Shown piece after piece: positions 28,787-38,018 of a stretch of 64,000 nucleotides of DNA. Both the position numbers and the translations under genes were made by a program. Source of the DNA: a virus (lineage: Duplodnaviria; Caudoviricetes); the IMG/VR virus record IMGVR_UViG_3300017991_000056, positions 32,001-96,000 of that record. One strand, 5' to 3'. The notes under the pieces are model-generated. The model made no database searches. It was not told where the DNA came from and saw only the letters and a program-made list of their open reading frames with translations. Within the stretch, counting starts at the first letter, position 1; the number at the start of each line of letters is the position of its first letter.

Positions 28787-29026
28787 ATGCCGACGGACAG
28801 AAGCAACGTGACCAACAAGCAGCAGAGCGACCTCGAGGAGGCGGAGTTCGACGGGGGCTCGCCGGTCTTCGTCGAGCAGAGGACCAGGGTCGTGGCCAAG
28901 GGCGTGCAGACGGCGTCCTACAGGACCGCGAATGCCGGGTCGACCATCCGGAACAACGCCGGCGTGTGCATGCCGCACGACGACGTCCCGGGTCGTTTCG
29001 TGGAGACGAGCCAGGGCAAGCCGTAG
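28787..29026 (+). CDS. Small hypothetical protein
   Basis: AGGAGG RBS. Confidence 0.65.
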   Translation: MPTDRSNVTNKQQSDLEEAEFDGGSPVFVEQRTRVVAKGVQTASYRTANAGSTIRNNAGVCMPHDDVPGRFVETSQGKP

Positions 29027-29041
29027 TCCGAGGAGAGTCGC

Positions 29042-29596
29042 ATGCAGGAGGAGCCCAGGAAGAGCGGGAAGGTCTTGATTGCCAAGGCGGTCGGCCTTGG
29101 AGGTTGCCTTGTTGCCTTGCTCGGGTTCTTCGGCGAGCAGACCTGGAGCCAGTTCGTCGGGATGCGGAGCGGCATCCATACGCTCGATGCCAGGCTTGCT
29201 GGCGTCGAGGGCAGGCTGGATGACAGGGACGGCGACAGGAGAGAGGACTCGGCCCAGTGGAGAGCCTTGAACAAAGCCGACCAGCGACTGGCAGAGGTCT
29301 TCATTCGGGTCAGGGTGGTCGAGGAGCTCATCAGGCATCATGACGTCCTGGGGCGCGCGGGGCGGCACGGCATGGCCGAGCCGGAGAAGGCTGCCGAGGA
29401 GCTTCCTCCGCCTCCTCCGCCTCCCCCGGAGTCCGATCCGGAGTCTTTGGAGCAGGCCGAGGAGACGCGGATGGCGCCCGAGCGGCAGAGGGCGCTCATG
29501 AACGAGGTTCGCACGATGAGGTCGATGAGGCGTGGCGACAGCGAGTACCGAAGCGACATGATGCGCCAGCAGCCGGCGAACAAGGGAGACATGTGA
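29042..29596 (+). CDS. Membrane-anchored coiled-coil protein with poly-Pro linker
   Basis: N-terminal TM segment; heptad region. Confidence 0.6.
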   Translation: MQEEPRKSGKVLIAKAVGLGGCLVALLGFFGEQTWSQFVGMRSGIHTLDARLAGVEGRLDDRDGDRREDSAQWRALNKADQRLAEVFIRVRVVEELIRHHDVLGRAGRHGMAEPEKAAEELPPPPPPPPESDPESLEQAEETRMAPERQRALMNEVRTMRSMRRGDSEYRSDMMRQQPANKGDM

Positions 29597-29874
29597 TGTC
29601 CTTGTCACTTGCGGCCGGAACCGTTCTGGGGAAGCTCCTCAAGAGCCTCGTGGAGGGCGTGTATTGCATCTTCAGCAAGGAGCGCAGGCGCATGAGGGCG
29701 GAGAAGGCGGAGGCCCTCATGAAGGCCAACGAGAGCGTCGAGGAGAGCCTGGACGTGGAGAAGGCGGTCAGGGACAAGCAGGACGCGGTCGACAAGCCCG
29801 GGAGCAGGTCGGACGTCGAGGACAAGGATGGCGGCCTGGGCTTCGGATCGTTCAACGACGGGGACGGCAAATGA
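29596..29874 (+). CDS. Putative i-spanin-like protein
   Basis: Hydrophobic N-terminus, helical charged body, overlaps a lipoprotein gene. Confidence 0.45.
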   Translation: MSLSLAAGTVLGKLLKSLVEGVYCIFSKERRRMRAEKAEALMKANESVEESLDVEKAVRDKQDAVDKPGSRSDVEDKDGGLGFGSFNDGDGK

Positions 29875-30155
29875 ACAAGCGCGCGATCATCTTGCTCTTG
29901 CTCCTGGCTCCGTTTTGCCCGAGCTGTACCACCTACTACCAGAACCGGTTCCCCGTCCTGGAGCGCCCCGAGAGGCCGCGGCTGGCCGACGTCCCGGCCG
30001 CGGAGATGACGAAGATGGGGGAGCAGGCCAGGCACGACGTCGCGGGCAACTTCAACTCCTTGATAGACTACGCCAGGAAGCTGGAGGTCGCCATTGACGA
30101 GTACAACGTCTTCGCGACCAGGAAGAACAGGCAGTTCAGGGAGGGCGGCCCATGA
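29871..30155 (+). CDS. Lipoprotein, putative o-spanin
   Basis: Signal peptide MNKRAIILLLLLAPFCPSC followed by Pro-rich segment. Confidence 0.6.
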   Translation: MNKRAIILLLLLAPFCPSCTTYYQNRFPVLERPERPRLADVPAAEMTKMGEQARHDVAGNFNSLIDYARKLEVAIDEYNVFATRKNRQFREGGP

Positions 30156-30793
30156 GTTTCCGGAAGCCGAGCGGCAGGATGGAGAGGACGATCTTCGACG
30201 AGCTGGTCAGCAAGACCAACGCCTTCGGGGCCAGGTGGTTCACCGTGGCCGACCTGGCGGGCGACGTCGGGGCCGAGGGGCGGGAGGCCGCGACCTCCCT
30301 CTTCAGGAAGGCGCTGGCGGAGCGCCGGGACGGCAGGGGCGGCATGGAGCTGAGGCTCCCGCTGGACGTGCACGAGAGGCTGTACGAGCCCAGGATCGCC
30401 CGGAGGGTGGCGAGGAGGTTTGCTGGCGATGATGACGAGTTGTACGACGCCGTGACCGACTTCCTCTCGACCCATCCCGAACCGGATGACAAGGTCTTTC
30501 ACGAATGGGCCGAGGCTCATGGCTATGACACGCACGAGGCCGAGGCCGCGGCCTACAAGCTGGCGACTAAGGCGGCCAACTTCCTCAAGGGCGGGAGGGC
30601 CAGTGCGGTTGGTTTCACAAGGGAAGATGCCGATCCCGACGAGCTGGCCATGGGCATCGAGATCGAGTACGAGCACACGCCAGATAAGTCCACGGCTCAG
30701 AGGATCGCTCTCGACCACCTGGCCGAGCTGGACGACTACTACACCAGGCTCAAGGCCATGGAGGCCGAGGGCGAGGATGAAGGGGACGACTGA
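30152..30793 (+). CDS. Protein with C-terminal DUF5661-like domain
   Basis: MGIEIEYEHT...IALDHL.E..DYYTRL motif; internal RRVARRF. Confidence 0.7.
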   Translation: MSFRKPSGRMERTIFDELVSKTNAFGARWFTVADLAGDVGAEGREAATSLFRKALAERRDGRGGMELRLPLDVHERLYEPRIARRVARRFAGDDDELYDAVTDFLSTHPEPDDKVFHEWAEAHGYDTHEAEAAAYKLATKAANFLKGGRASAVGFTREDADPDELAMGIEIEYEHTPDKSTAQRIALDHLAELDDYYTRLKAMEAEGEDEGDD

Positions 30794-31473
30794 TGAACGG
30801 GATCAGGCTGGCATCTGAGCTGGTGACGCTGGCGAGGGAGATCGCGGCCAAGAGGATCACGGTCCACTACGATGCCGTCGACGGCTATCACGAGAAGCGG
30901 TCGTACTCGACGGTCGAGAAGGCGCGCAACTACGCCTGGAAGTGGGTTGGCAAGCATCCCGAGGTTGGTTTCGGGTATGCCGTGTCGACAGACGGCGTTG
31001 GCAAGGTCTCGGTGGACGGCATCACCATCGAGGAGTTGTTTCGCACGTCCGCCGACGAGAAGCGCCTGGAACGCGAGGAATACGAGAGCAACCTCAAGCG
31101 GGCCAAGGGGTTGTTCGCCGAGATTGCGAAGGTCGTGGCGAAGCCGGCTGTCGCGGTCTTGAAGAAGGCCGGACTGGACAATGTCAAGTCCGAGACCAGC
31201 TGGGACCGGAACGGCGGGTTCGTGACCGTTCACGGTGACCTGCCGGGGTGGACGAGGGGCAGCAACAACATGCTCCTTCAGGTTTTCGTGAACTACGAGC
31301 CGCAGGCCATCGGCAGGTTCTACGTCTTCTGGCGCGTGCTCGACAGGGAGAACACGATTTACGGCGACCTGGACTTCGATCCGAGGAGGTTGCGAGGGTT
31401 GGACAGGCTCCTGAAGGAGAAGGTCGACGAGAAGATCACAGAGAACCTAACAAAGACTCTCGGGAGAATGTGA
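30793..31473 (+). CDS. Helix-tagged hypothetical protein (LASELVTLAREIAA)
   Basis: Coupled ORF; tag motif. Confidence 0.75.
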   Translation: MNGIRLASELVTLAREIAAKRITVHYDAVDGYHEKRSYSTVEKARNYAWKWVGKHPEVGFGYAVSTDGVGKVSVDGITIEELFRTSADEKRLEREEYESNLKRAKGLFAEIAKVVAKPAVAVLKKAGLDNVKSETSWDRNGGFVTVHGDLPGWTRGSNNMLLQVFVNYEPQAIGRFYVFWRVLDRENTIYGDLDFDPRRLRGLDRLLKEKVDEKITENLTKTLGRM

Positions 31474-32132
31474 TGGATGACAGGCCAGCCATAGCGGTCG
31501 ACCTGGACGGGACGATCCTGTCCTACGACCCGCCGGCCTATCCGGGGCTGGGCGAGCCGTTGCCGGGCGTGATAGAGGCGTTGACGGCCCTTCGGGACAT
31601 CGGCTATAGGATCATCGTGCACACCTGCCGGCTGAGGGGCGCGCCGGAGGAGGTCGGGGCCGAGGCGGCGAGGATAGCGGCGCACCTGACGGAGCGTGGC
31701 GTTCCGTTCGACGAGCTTTTTCTGCCAGGGGCCGGCAAGCCGATGGCGGAGTGGTACATTGACGACAAGGCCGTCGCCTTTCGGGGCGACTGGGATGAAG
31801 TGCTGGAGGAGATTGTGGAAGCTGACATTTCGAGGATGGCGAGCAGGGTGGCCTCGGCCTTCCTGACCGAGTTCGAGAAGGACCTGAAGTCGCGCGAGAA
31901 CAAGAAGACCGCCGGGGCCCGGGTGGCGGCCGACTGGGCCGTGAGGTTCGTCGACGACGCCATCGGCTCGATCCGCGAGCTGGAGACGAGGGCGCTGCCG
32001 GCGTTCGACCCGTTTGACGCGCTCGTATACAAGGACATGCTGGTCGCGAAGAAGCGCATCGCAAGCGTCCAGAAAAGCCTGGCGGTCCTGCGCCGGCTGA
32101 TGGATCGCGCGCATTTGGGGAGCTTTCGCTAG
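31473..32132 (+). CDS. HAD-superfamily phosphatase with appended C-terminal helical module
   Basis: AVDLDGTI, HTCR, GKP..YIDDKA. Confidence 0.8.
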   Translation: MDDRPAIAVDLDGTILSYDPPAYPGLGEPLPGVIEALTALRDIGYRIIVHTCRLRGAPEEVGAEAARIAAHLTERGVPFDELFLPGAGKPMAEWYIDDKAVAFRGDWDEVLEEIVEADISRMASRVASAFLTEFEKDLKSRENKKTAGARVAADWAVRFVDDAIGSIRELETRALPAFDPFDALVYKDMLVAKKRIASVQKSLAVLRRLMDRAHLGSFR

Positions 32133-32183
32133 GATGGCGAGCAGGGTGGTGTTGACCTCTCTGAGGAAAGCAAGGAGACAGTC

Positions 32184-32390
32184 ATGGACGAGAGAGTGAT
32201 AGCCGACAGGGTGGCGGGGCGCGTGGCGAAGCGCGTCTTTCTGGAGCGGGACGTCGAGAGGCTCAGGCGAGAGATCGACGGGCTTCTGGGCGTCGCGGTT
32301 CAGATGGGCAACTCGGAGGAGGTCGTGAGGGCTCTTGAGAAGGCGAAGGACGCGACGTACGAGGTGGTCACGGGCGTCAAGCTGGGATGA
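32184..32390 (+). CDS. Small helical protein (IADRVAGRVAKRVF)
   Basis: AAGGAG RBS. Confidence 0.65.
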   Translation: MDERVIADRVAGRVAKRVFLERDVERLRREIDGLLGVAVQMGNSEEVVRALEKAKDATYEVVTGVKLG

Positions 32391-32430
32391 TGTCGGAACA
32401 GGGTTGTGGTGGATGACTAAGGAGATAATC

Positions 32431-33165
32431 ATGGACAGAGTAGTGATTGCGAGCAGGCTGGTTCGGCTGGCTGGCAGCATTCTCGGACCGGGAGTGCCCG
32501 ATGGAACGGGACTGATGAGCGGGACGGGCGCGTGCCCGCTTGAAGACGAGGAGTTTGTGGAGGGAGAGCCGGAGGTTGTCGGGGATGTCGATGTGGCGTC
32601 CGCCCTGACCGATCTCGCCCGGAAGCTTGTCGGCAAGAAGGGTGAGGTCCCGGAGGCCTTTAAGAAGCAGTGGAAGAACAAGGACAAGGACGGCGACGGC
32701 AAGGAGAACGAGCCCAAGCCCGATTTCGTCAAGGAGATCGAGAAGAAGAAGAAGGGCAAGAAGGCCGGCACGATTCTGGGGCCTGGCATCCCGGACGGCA
32801 CCGGCCCGATGAGAGGTACCGGCATGTGCCCGATGGACGACGACGAGGAGGAGATCATCGAGGGCGAGCCTGAGATCATCGAGGACCTCAGTGTCGCGTC
32901 CGAGCTCGTGAAGTTGGCCAAGAAGGTGGTGGCTGACTGGAACGAGGACGAGGATGCAGATGCGTTGCGTGACAAGGCGATACGTGAGTTCGCGAAGCAT
33001 ACGGGCGGCGAACGCATTCTGACTGCTATGAAGGTCAGGGGGAAGTGGACCGTGTTCACGACCGAGTTGGGGGCATATCGGATTGCTCGTGCCTACCGGA
33101 CGGCCTGGAAAGATGTGGGCGTGAGCAAGAACATCCACAGGGGTTCATGGTACGTCAACCTTTGA
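32431..33165 (+). CDS. Modular protein with three helix tags and a duplicated GPG.PDGTG.M.GTG.CP module
   Basis: AAGGAG RBS; repeats visible in translation. Confidence 0.75.
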   Translation: MDRVVIASRLVRLAGSILGPGVPDGTGLMSGTGACPLEDEEFVEGEPEVVGDVDVASALTDLARKLVGKKGEVPEAFKKQWKNKDKDGDGKENEPKPDFVKEIEKKKKGKKAGTILGPGIPDGTGPMRGTGMCPMDDDEEEIIEGEPEIIEDLSVASELVKLAKKVVADWNEDEDADALRDKAIREFAKHTGGERILTAMKVRGKWTVFTTELGAYRIARAYRTAWKDVGVSKNIHRGSWYVNL

Positions 33166-33196
33166 CGTTTTTGACTGTTGGCCTGACGCCCATTAA

Positions 33197-33287
33197 GGTC
33201 GGCGTGGACGGCGGCAATCGGTTGCCGGACTGCGTTGAGGTATCGCTGAGAGACCTCTAAGGGCGAAAAGCGAGAGGAGAGTGAGAG
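33197..33287 (+). promoter_or_regulatory. Conserved structured 5' leader, copy A
   Basis: Imperfect repeat of 34580-34669 with preserved stems. Confidence 0.5.
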
Positions 33288-33803
33288 ATGGCAGGATCGA
33301 CAACGGCAAGTGCAGCACGGGAACTGGCCCGGTTGGCCAGAGTGCTGCTTGCTGGTGCTTCCTACCATGGTCTGGATGATTCTATGGCGCGGCAGATTGC
33401 CGGGAACATAAACGCCATGTTGAATGGCGAACCAGGCAAGATCGAAGGCGTCATGTTGTCAGGATGGTCTGGCAATCCTCTTTGGGATGCCGTGTCGGCG
33501 GTGAATGACGACGGTATGGCTGATGGAATGTCGGGTGCGTGGGACGATTGCATGTTCCGTTCCGGTCTATTGGCAGCCGCGACAATGATCCACATCTACG
33601 ATGCTCAAATGACAGATGGCCCTGGAGATACCTTCTACGATCCAGAGGAGACGCCATACTGGCGCAAGATTTTCCGAATCATTGTTGATGGGATTAACTG
33701 GAGCTTGTTGCTTGATGCGGACGATTTGCCTCCTTTGCGCGAGTGCGAGAAGGAGCGGTTGGCCAGCATCGGAAGTCTATACTCGAAGTATTTCTCACGA
33801 TGA
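33288..33803 (+). CDS. Helix-tagged hypothetical protein (AARELARLARVLLA), lower GC
   Basis: GAGGAG RBS; tag motif. Confidence 0.7.
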   Translation: MAGSTTASAARELARLARVLLAGASYHGLDDSMARQIAGNINAMLNGEPGKIEGVMLSGWSGNPLWDAVSAVNDDGMADGMSGAWDDCMFRSGLLAAATMIHIYDAQMTDGPGDTFYDPEETPYWRKIFRIIVDGINWSLLLDADDLPPLRECEKERLASIGSLYSKYFSR

Positions 33804-34561
33804 CTAAGCATAGATCAAACTGGAAAGGCTACGGGGATATCTCGGGCAAATACTGGTTGCAAGTGGCGGCTGGTGCCCGACATCGTCATCTTGCCATGGC
33901 CATAACCATAGAGCATGCTTGGGACTTGTTCGGACAGCAGGGTGGGCTGTGTGCCTATAGCGGTTTGCCATTAGAGTTCGGACTGAAGGGGCGGACAGCC
34001 TCATTAGATCGGAAGGACAGCGATCTTGGCTACGTGGAAGGAAACGTCCATTGGGTTCACAAGGTTGTAAATCGGATGAAGTGGAAGTTGGCTGAGAACG
34101 ACTTCTTGCGCCTGGTCTATCTCGTGTGCAATCCTATTGACTGTGGGTTTTCTTTCGAGGTTCGTCGTCAACACGACCCGAAATGGACAGGCTGCGGCAA
34201 CTTCCCGACATGGTTGGTCGGAAGGTTCAAAGACATCGCCAAGAGGCGTGGTATACGGTTTGATGAAGATGTGAATGCAAGATACCTGTGGCACCTCTAT
34301 GCCGTCCAGCGGCAGGCGTGTGCTTTGACTGGCATTCCGATTGACTTCCCGCGTCATGCGTATGCAAGGAAGCAGGCGACAGCGTCGCTTGACAGGATAG
34401 ACAGCAGTCAGGGGTACGTCCGTGGTAATCTTCAATGGGTTCACAAGGACGTCAACAACATGAAGGGCTCCCTCTCCGATGAGGAACTGAGGGAGATGTG
34501 TCGGCGCATCTGGGGCTACAGTCCATTGTTGGCTGAATTGTCCGAGGGGCGTGCGGCTTAA
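33800..34561 (+). CDS. Free-standing HNH-type (His-Me) homing endonuclease with tandem nuclease domains
   Basis: Two CA.[ST]G...ASLDR.DS..GYV.GN..WVH..VN.MK units. Confidence 0.85.
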   Translation: MTKHRSNWKGYGDISGKYWLQVAAGARHRHLAMAITIEHAWDLFGQQGGLCAYSGLPLEFGLKGRTASLDRKDSDLGYVEGNVHWVHKVVNRMKWKLAENDFLRLVYLVCNPIDCGFSFEVRRQHDPKWTGCGNFPTWLVGRFKDIAKRRGIRFDEDVNARYLWHLYAVQRQACALTGIPIDFPRHAYARKQATASLDRIDSSQGYVRGNLQWVHKDVNNMKGSLSDEELREMCRRIWGYSPLLAELSEGRAA

Positions 34562-34579
34562 TTGACCCGTGGCGCAATG

Positions 34580-34669
34580 GGTCGGCGTGGACGTGCGGTG
34601 CGGACCACGTTGAAGGTTATCGCTTGTGAGACCTTCTAAGCGCAAAAGAAAAGCGAAGGAGACAGGACC
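34580..34669 (+). promoter_or_regulatory. Conserved structured 5' leader, copy B
   Basis: See copy A. Confidence 0.5.
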
Positions 34670-35080
34670 ATGGCTTGGAATGGAACAGCATCGAGTTGGC
34701 AGTATGCCAGATGGGTCTGGATCATCGCCAGGAACATGAGGATCACGGAGCCGACCGGAGCCGAGCTGATCGCGGTCAGGACGTTCCTCAAGGCGATCTG
34801 GAACCCGATCACCCAGACCGGCACGCGTCCGTGGCTCGCGTCCATGTGCCAGGAGAAGGCGGTGAACCCCGGTGACGACTACGCCTGCAACCTGGACAAC
34901 GAGCCGACGCACGTCCTGGTCGAGATTCTGGGCGCCGTCGGGCGCAACCTCGACGACATCCCGATCACGGATGCCGAGGCCATCCTCGTCAACGCGTTGA
35001 TCGCAGCGACGGGCAACAGGCGATACGGGACAGGTCCGCAGTTCGGCGGAGTCGGTGGATCGAATGTCACCGTTCCGTAA
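34670..35080 (+). CDS. Hypothetical (likely virion) protein
   Basis: AAGGAG RBS; strong codon bias. Confidence 0.75.
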   Translation: MAWNGTASSWQYARWVWIIARNMRITEPTGAELIAVRTFLKAIWNPITQTGTRPWLASMCQEKAVNPGDDYACNLDNEPTHVLVEILGAVGRNLDDIPITDAEAILVNALIAATGNRRYGTGPQFGGVGGSNVTVP

Positions 35081-35090
35081 GGAGGACGAC

Positions 35091-35372
35091 ATGGGCAGGA
35101 TTGAGATCGCGAGAGAGCTCGTCCGGATGGCCAGGTCGGTGGAGTCGGCTTCCAGGTCGGCTGCCGACGTGATCCCGTTCGACGTTTCCAGGGACCTGAA
35201 GAGGGTCGGTCTCGTCGTGACGGGGGGAGAGCAGGTCGGTCCTTCCGTCTACGTGGCGGTTCGGAACCAGACGATCGGGAAGGCCCAGATGAGGGCTCTC
35301 CTGGCGATGCCCGCCTTCCAGCTGGTCGGGGCCTCTGCCGGCAGGGGCCTGGAGCTGATGTTCGACATCTAG
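35091..35372 (+). CDS. Helix-tagged small protein (IARELVRMARSVES)
   Basis: AAGGAGG RBS; tag motif. Confidence 0.75.
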   Translation: MGRIEIARELVRMARSVESASRSAADVIPFDVSRDLKRVGLVVTGGEQVGPSVYVAVRNQTIGKAQMRALLAMPAFQLVGASAGRGLELMFDI

Positions 35373-35468
35373 TGACCCATGGCGCCCGGGAGGTTCCCGG
35401 GCGCCTGCCATCCGGCCCCGGCGGGTTCCGGGGCCGGGCAATATGAGACCATATGGAGGAGTGAGACA

Positions 35469-36629
35469 ATGGCAGTCGAGAAGTTCGTACTCACGCAGAA
35501 GGAGCTGCACCTGGGGTACCTCAAGGAGACCTTCAGGCGCGGCGCGGTCATCGAGCACGACACGGCGAAGCGCAGGCTCGTCATCGACGGCAGGCGGTTC
35601 GAGGACACGCGGGACCTGGACATCCTCAAGCGCCAGGCCATGAAGAACGTCTACGCGTGCTCCGGCTGCGGGGAGCGCACGGAGTACCGGTGCGCGATCG
35701 GGGAAGCCCCGGCGGTGGTTCGCTGCCCCCGGTGCGAGGGGGATGCCCACAACACCTCCGTTCCGTTCATCCTTCCCGCCACGCAGGAGAACGTGCTGGC
35801 GATGATGGAGCTGAGCGGGGAGACCGAGGCGCACGAGGCTGAGCTCTTCCCGCTGAGGCCGAAGCCCGGGGAGAACATGCCGGTCGTCCGGTCGGACCAG
35901 GACTCGATGCAGCCGATCGACGTTCGGCACACCCAGGTCTCCAAGAGGAAGCAGGAGGCCGTGGAGAAGGCCCGGACCGCGGTCCGGGACAGGGATGTCA
36001 ACCGGGAGATGTCGGTCATCCGGGGCGACGAGTCCGTCGAGGACAGGATCGCCAGGCTGGAGTCCGAGGCGCGGGCCAGGAAGGCGGCCGGGAAGCCGAC
36101 GGACCTGTCCCTCCAGAGCCAGATCGTGGCTCTGAAGTCCAAGCACGCGTCGGCGGCTCCCATCGTCCGTGACGACAGTCTCGGCTCGGCTGGAGGGAGC
36201 GCCGCCTCGGCGCTCAACGCCGGCCAGCCGTTGCCGTCGCCCGGGACGGTGAGGCCGAAGGACGTCGACATGGCGCAGGCCAGGAAGGCCCAGGCCGAGG
36301 CGGCCAGGACCAGGATGATGGACGAGCAGGAGGTTGACGTCGACGACCTCGGCGCCGAGGTGGCGGCACTTCCGGTGAAGAAGAAGCCCGTTCAGGTCTC
36401 CATCCCGGCGGCCGCGGCTCCCGCTCCCGAGGTCGAGGGGCGCATCGGGGCCCTGGAGACCGGCATGGGCCAGATGGCGGGAATGATGGGCGACATGATG
36501 AGGATGATGCAGAACATGCAGGGCGGCGCTCCGGCGCAGCCCGCCGCGCCTGCCGCTCCCGCGGCCCGGGAGGGCGACGGCATCGTCAGGACGCCCGTGA
36601 CGAGGGTTCCCGTGACGCAGGAGGGATGA
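35469..36629 (+). CDS. Hypothetical protein with FmdB-like Zn ribbon and low-complexity C-terminus
   Basis: YACSGCGE...CPRCEG; GGAGGAG RBS. Confidence 0.7.
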   Translation: MAVEKFVLTQKELHLGYLKETFRRGAVIEHDTAKRRLVIDGRRFEDTRDLDILKRQAMKNVYACSGCGERTEYRCAIGEAPAVVRCPRCEGDAHNTSVPFILPATQENVLAMMELSGETEAHEAELFPLRPKPGENMPVVRSDQDSMQPIDVRHTQVSKRKQEAVEKARTAVRDRDVNREMSVIRGDESVEDRIARLESEARARKAAGKPTDLSLQSQIVALKSKHASAAPIVRDDSLGSAGGSAASALNAGQPLPSPGTVRPKDVDMAQARKAQAEAARTRMMDEQEVDVDDLGAEVAALPVKKKPVQVSIPAAAAPAPEVEGRIGALETGMGQMAGMMGDMMRMMQNMQGGAPAQPAAPAAPAAREGDGIVRTPVTRVPVTQEG

Positions 36630-36632
36630 GCA

Positions 36633-36932
36633 GTGAGGTACGACTACAAGTGCCTGGAGTGCGACGAGCGCTTCGAGCTCTCGTTTCCCATCGGGCAGGC
36701 GCCTCGGAAGGCGCCTTGCCCGTCCTGCGGGGCGGAGTCCATGAAGCTCATCTCGTGCTCCAGCTTCGTTTTGAAGGGAAGTGGCTGGCCCGGCCGGACC
36801 GGCCGCATGAAGACGAACATGACGAAATCCAACGAGGACGCGGGCCATCGCATGAGGAAGGAGCACAAGCCGGGCATGAAGCTGGCCGCGCTCGACTACG
36901 GGAATGGCGACGTCCGGGAGGTCGGGAGCTGA
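36633..36932 (+). CDS. FmdB-family zinc-ribbon protein
   Basis: YDYKCLECDERFE...CPSCG...KLIS...FVLKGSGW. Confidence 0.85.
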   Translation: MRYDYKCLECDERFELSFPIGQAPRKAPCPSCGAESMKLISCSSFVLKGSGWPGRTGRMKTNMTKSNEDAGHRMRKEHKPGMKLAALDYGNGDVREVGS

Positions 36933-36945
36933 CAGGAGATGCGCT

Positions 36946-37215
36946 GTGCCTGACCATACAAAAATAGGCTATTATAGGACATCTGATATTTATTTTTCGG
37001 CCTTCCTGTGCTCCCTCGACGTCCAGCTTCAGGCAGCCGAGTGGGAGAGCACGCAGCGGGACGGTCGCTCGGACCGCAAGCTGGTCTGGGTCTTCCAGGT
37101 GCCCGAGGGCGCCATCGGGAGGCTCCGGGCCTCGTACTTCAGCGGCAACGGGACGGTGAAGGCCCGGAAGTTTGCCGACAACTTGAAGTCGCTGAAGCAG
37201 ATGTGCTACGTCTAA
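36946..37215 (+). CDS. DUF5659-like small protein
   Basis: YRTSDIYFSAFL...WVF motif; AGGAG RBS. Confidence 0.55.
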   Translation: MPDHTKIGYYRTSDIYFSAFLCSLDVQLQAAEWESTQRDGRSDRKLVWVFQVPEGAIGRLRASYFSGNGTVKARKFADNLKSLKQMCYV

Positions 37216-37225
37216 GGAGGTGGGT

Positions 37226-37615
37226 ATGCAAGATGTTGCTTTCGAATTGGCGAGGATGGCGAGGGAGTTAGTCTCCTATGGGGACGAGGAGCTGGCAAAG
37301 GAGCTTGAGGCGTCGTCTGGTGCGGTGGCGTCTGCGGTTTCCAAGCTGGTGGGGTTTACGCCGTCTTTCAAGGTCAAGAACGACACGTATGGCGTGAAGT
37401 TCACGCAGGCCGGGCTTGAAGGTCGTGCCGGCGTGATAAGCTCCGCGGTCAGGTCCGTGGCCTTGGTCGTGTTTTTCAACAAGACGGTCCAACGGGACGG
37501 GAGCTTGGCGGGCGATGTGAAGTTCGAGGTGACTCCCAGGGAGGGACGGAAATCCACGGACTACGTTGTCGGGTATGCGGCTGTTAGGTTCTTTCCTGGA
37601 GGCAAGGTGAGATGA
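37226..37615 (+). CDS. Helix-tagged hypothetical protein (VAFELARMARELVS)
   Basis: AAGGAGG RBS; tag motif. Confidence 0.75.
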   Translation: MQDVAFELARMARELVSYGDEELAKELEASSGAVASAVSKLVGFTPSFKVKNDTYGVKFTQAGLEGRAGVISSAVRSVALVVFFNKTVQRDGSLAGDVKFEVTPREGRKSTDYVVGYAAVRFFPGGKVR

Positions 37616-38004
37616 GGGACCTGTTGGCAAGGGAGCTGACGGGGCTCGCGAGGGCCCTGGTTGCCAAGGAGAGGCCCTCGGACCTTTTCGGCGGATCGTT
37701 CTTCGACTTCCGCGAGAAGCTCAAGAAGCTGAAGAGGGACGAGGCTGAGAGGATCAGGGCCAAGCTGGAGGCGAAGATCAACGCCGACCTGACGCAGAAG
37801 GGGGCCAGGCCCGTCGAGGGGGTGGCCGTGAAGCTGGGCAGCTATCGGGGCTCGGCTTTCATCACCTCCGCCAAGATGAAGGTCAAGGTCCAGGGTGAGA
37901 ATGCGGCCCGGGAGCTCCTGGCGTACCTGCAGAGGGCGTACAGCCCGAAGTACAAGCTCAAGGGCGTGACCGAGGACGGGATCGCCTCCTACAACATCAG
38001 GTGA
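37612..38004 (+). CDS. Helix-tagged basic protein (LARELTGLARALVA)
   Basis: ATGA coupling; tag motif. Confidence 0.75.
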   Translation: MRDLLARELTGLARALVAKERPSDLFGGSFFDFREKLKKLKRDEAERIRAKLEAKINADLTQKGARPVEGVAVKLGSYRGSAFITSAKMKVKVQGENAARELLAYLQRAYSPKYKLKGVTEDGIASYNIR

Positions 38005-38018
38005 CGGAACGGAGCTGG

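Noticed and set aside
33246-33270. CTGAGAG...CGAAA as a hammerhead ribozyme
   Set aside because: Core deviates from CUGANGA, no stem I/III with a cleavage triplet was found, and it is not conserved in the second leader copy
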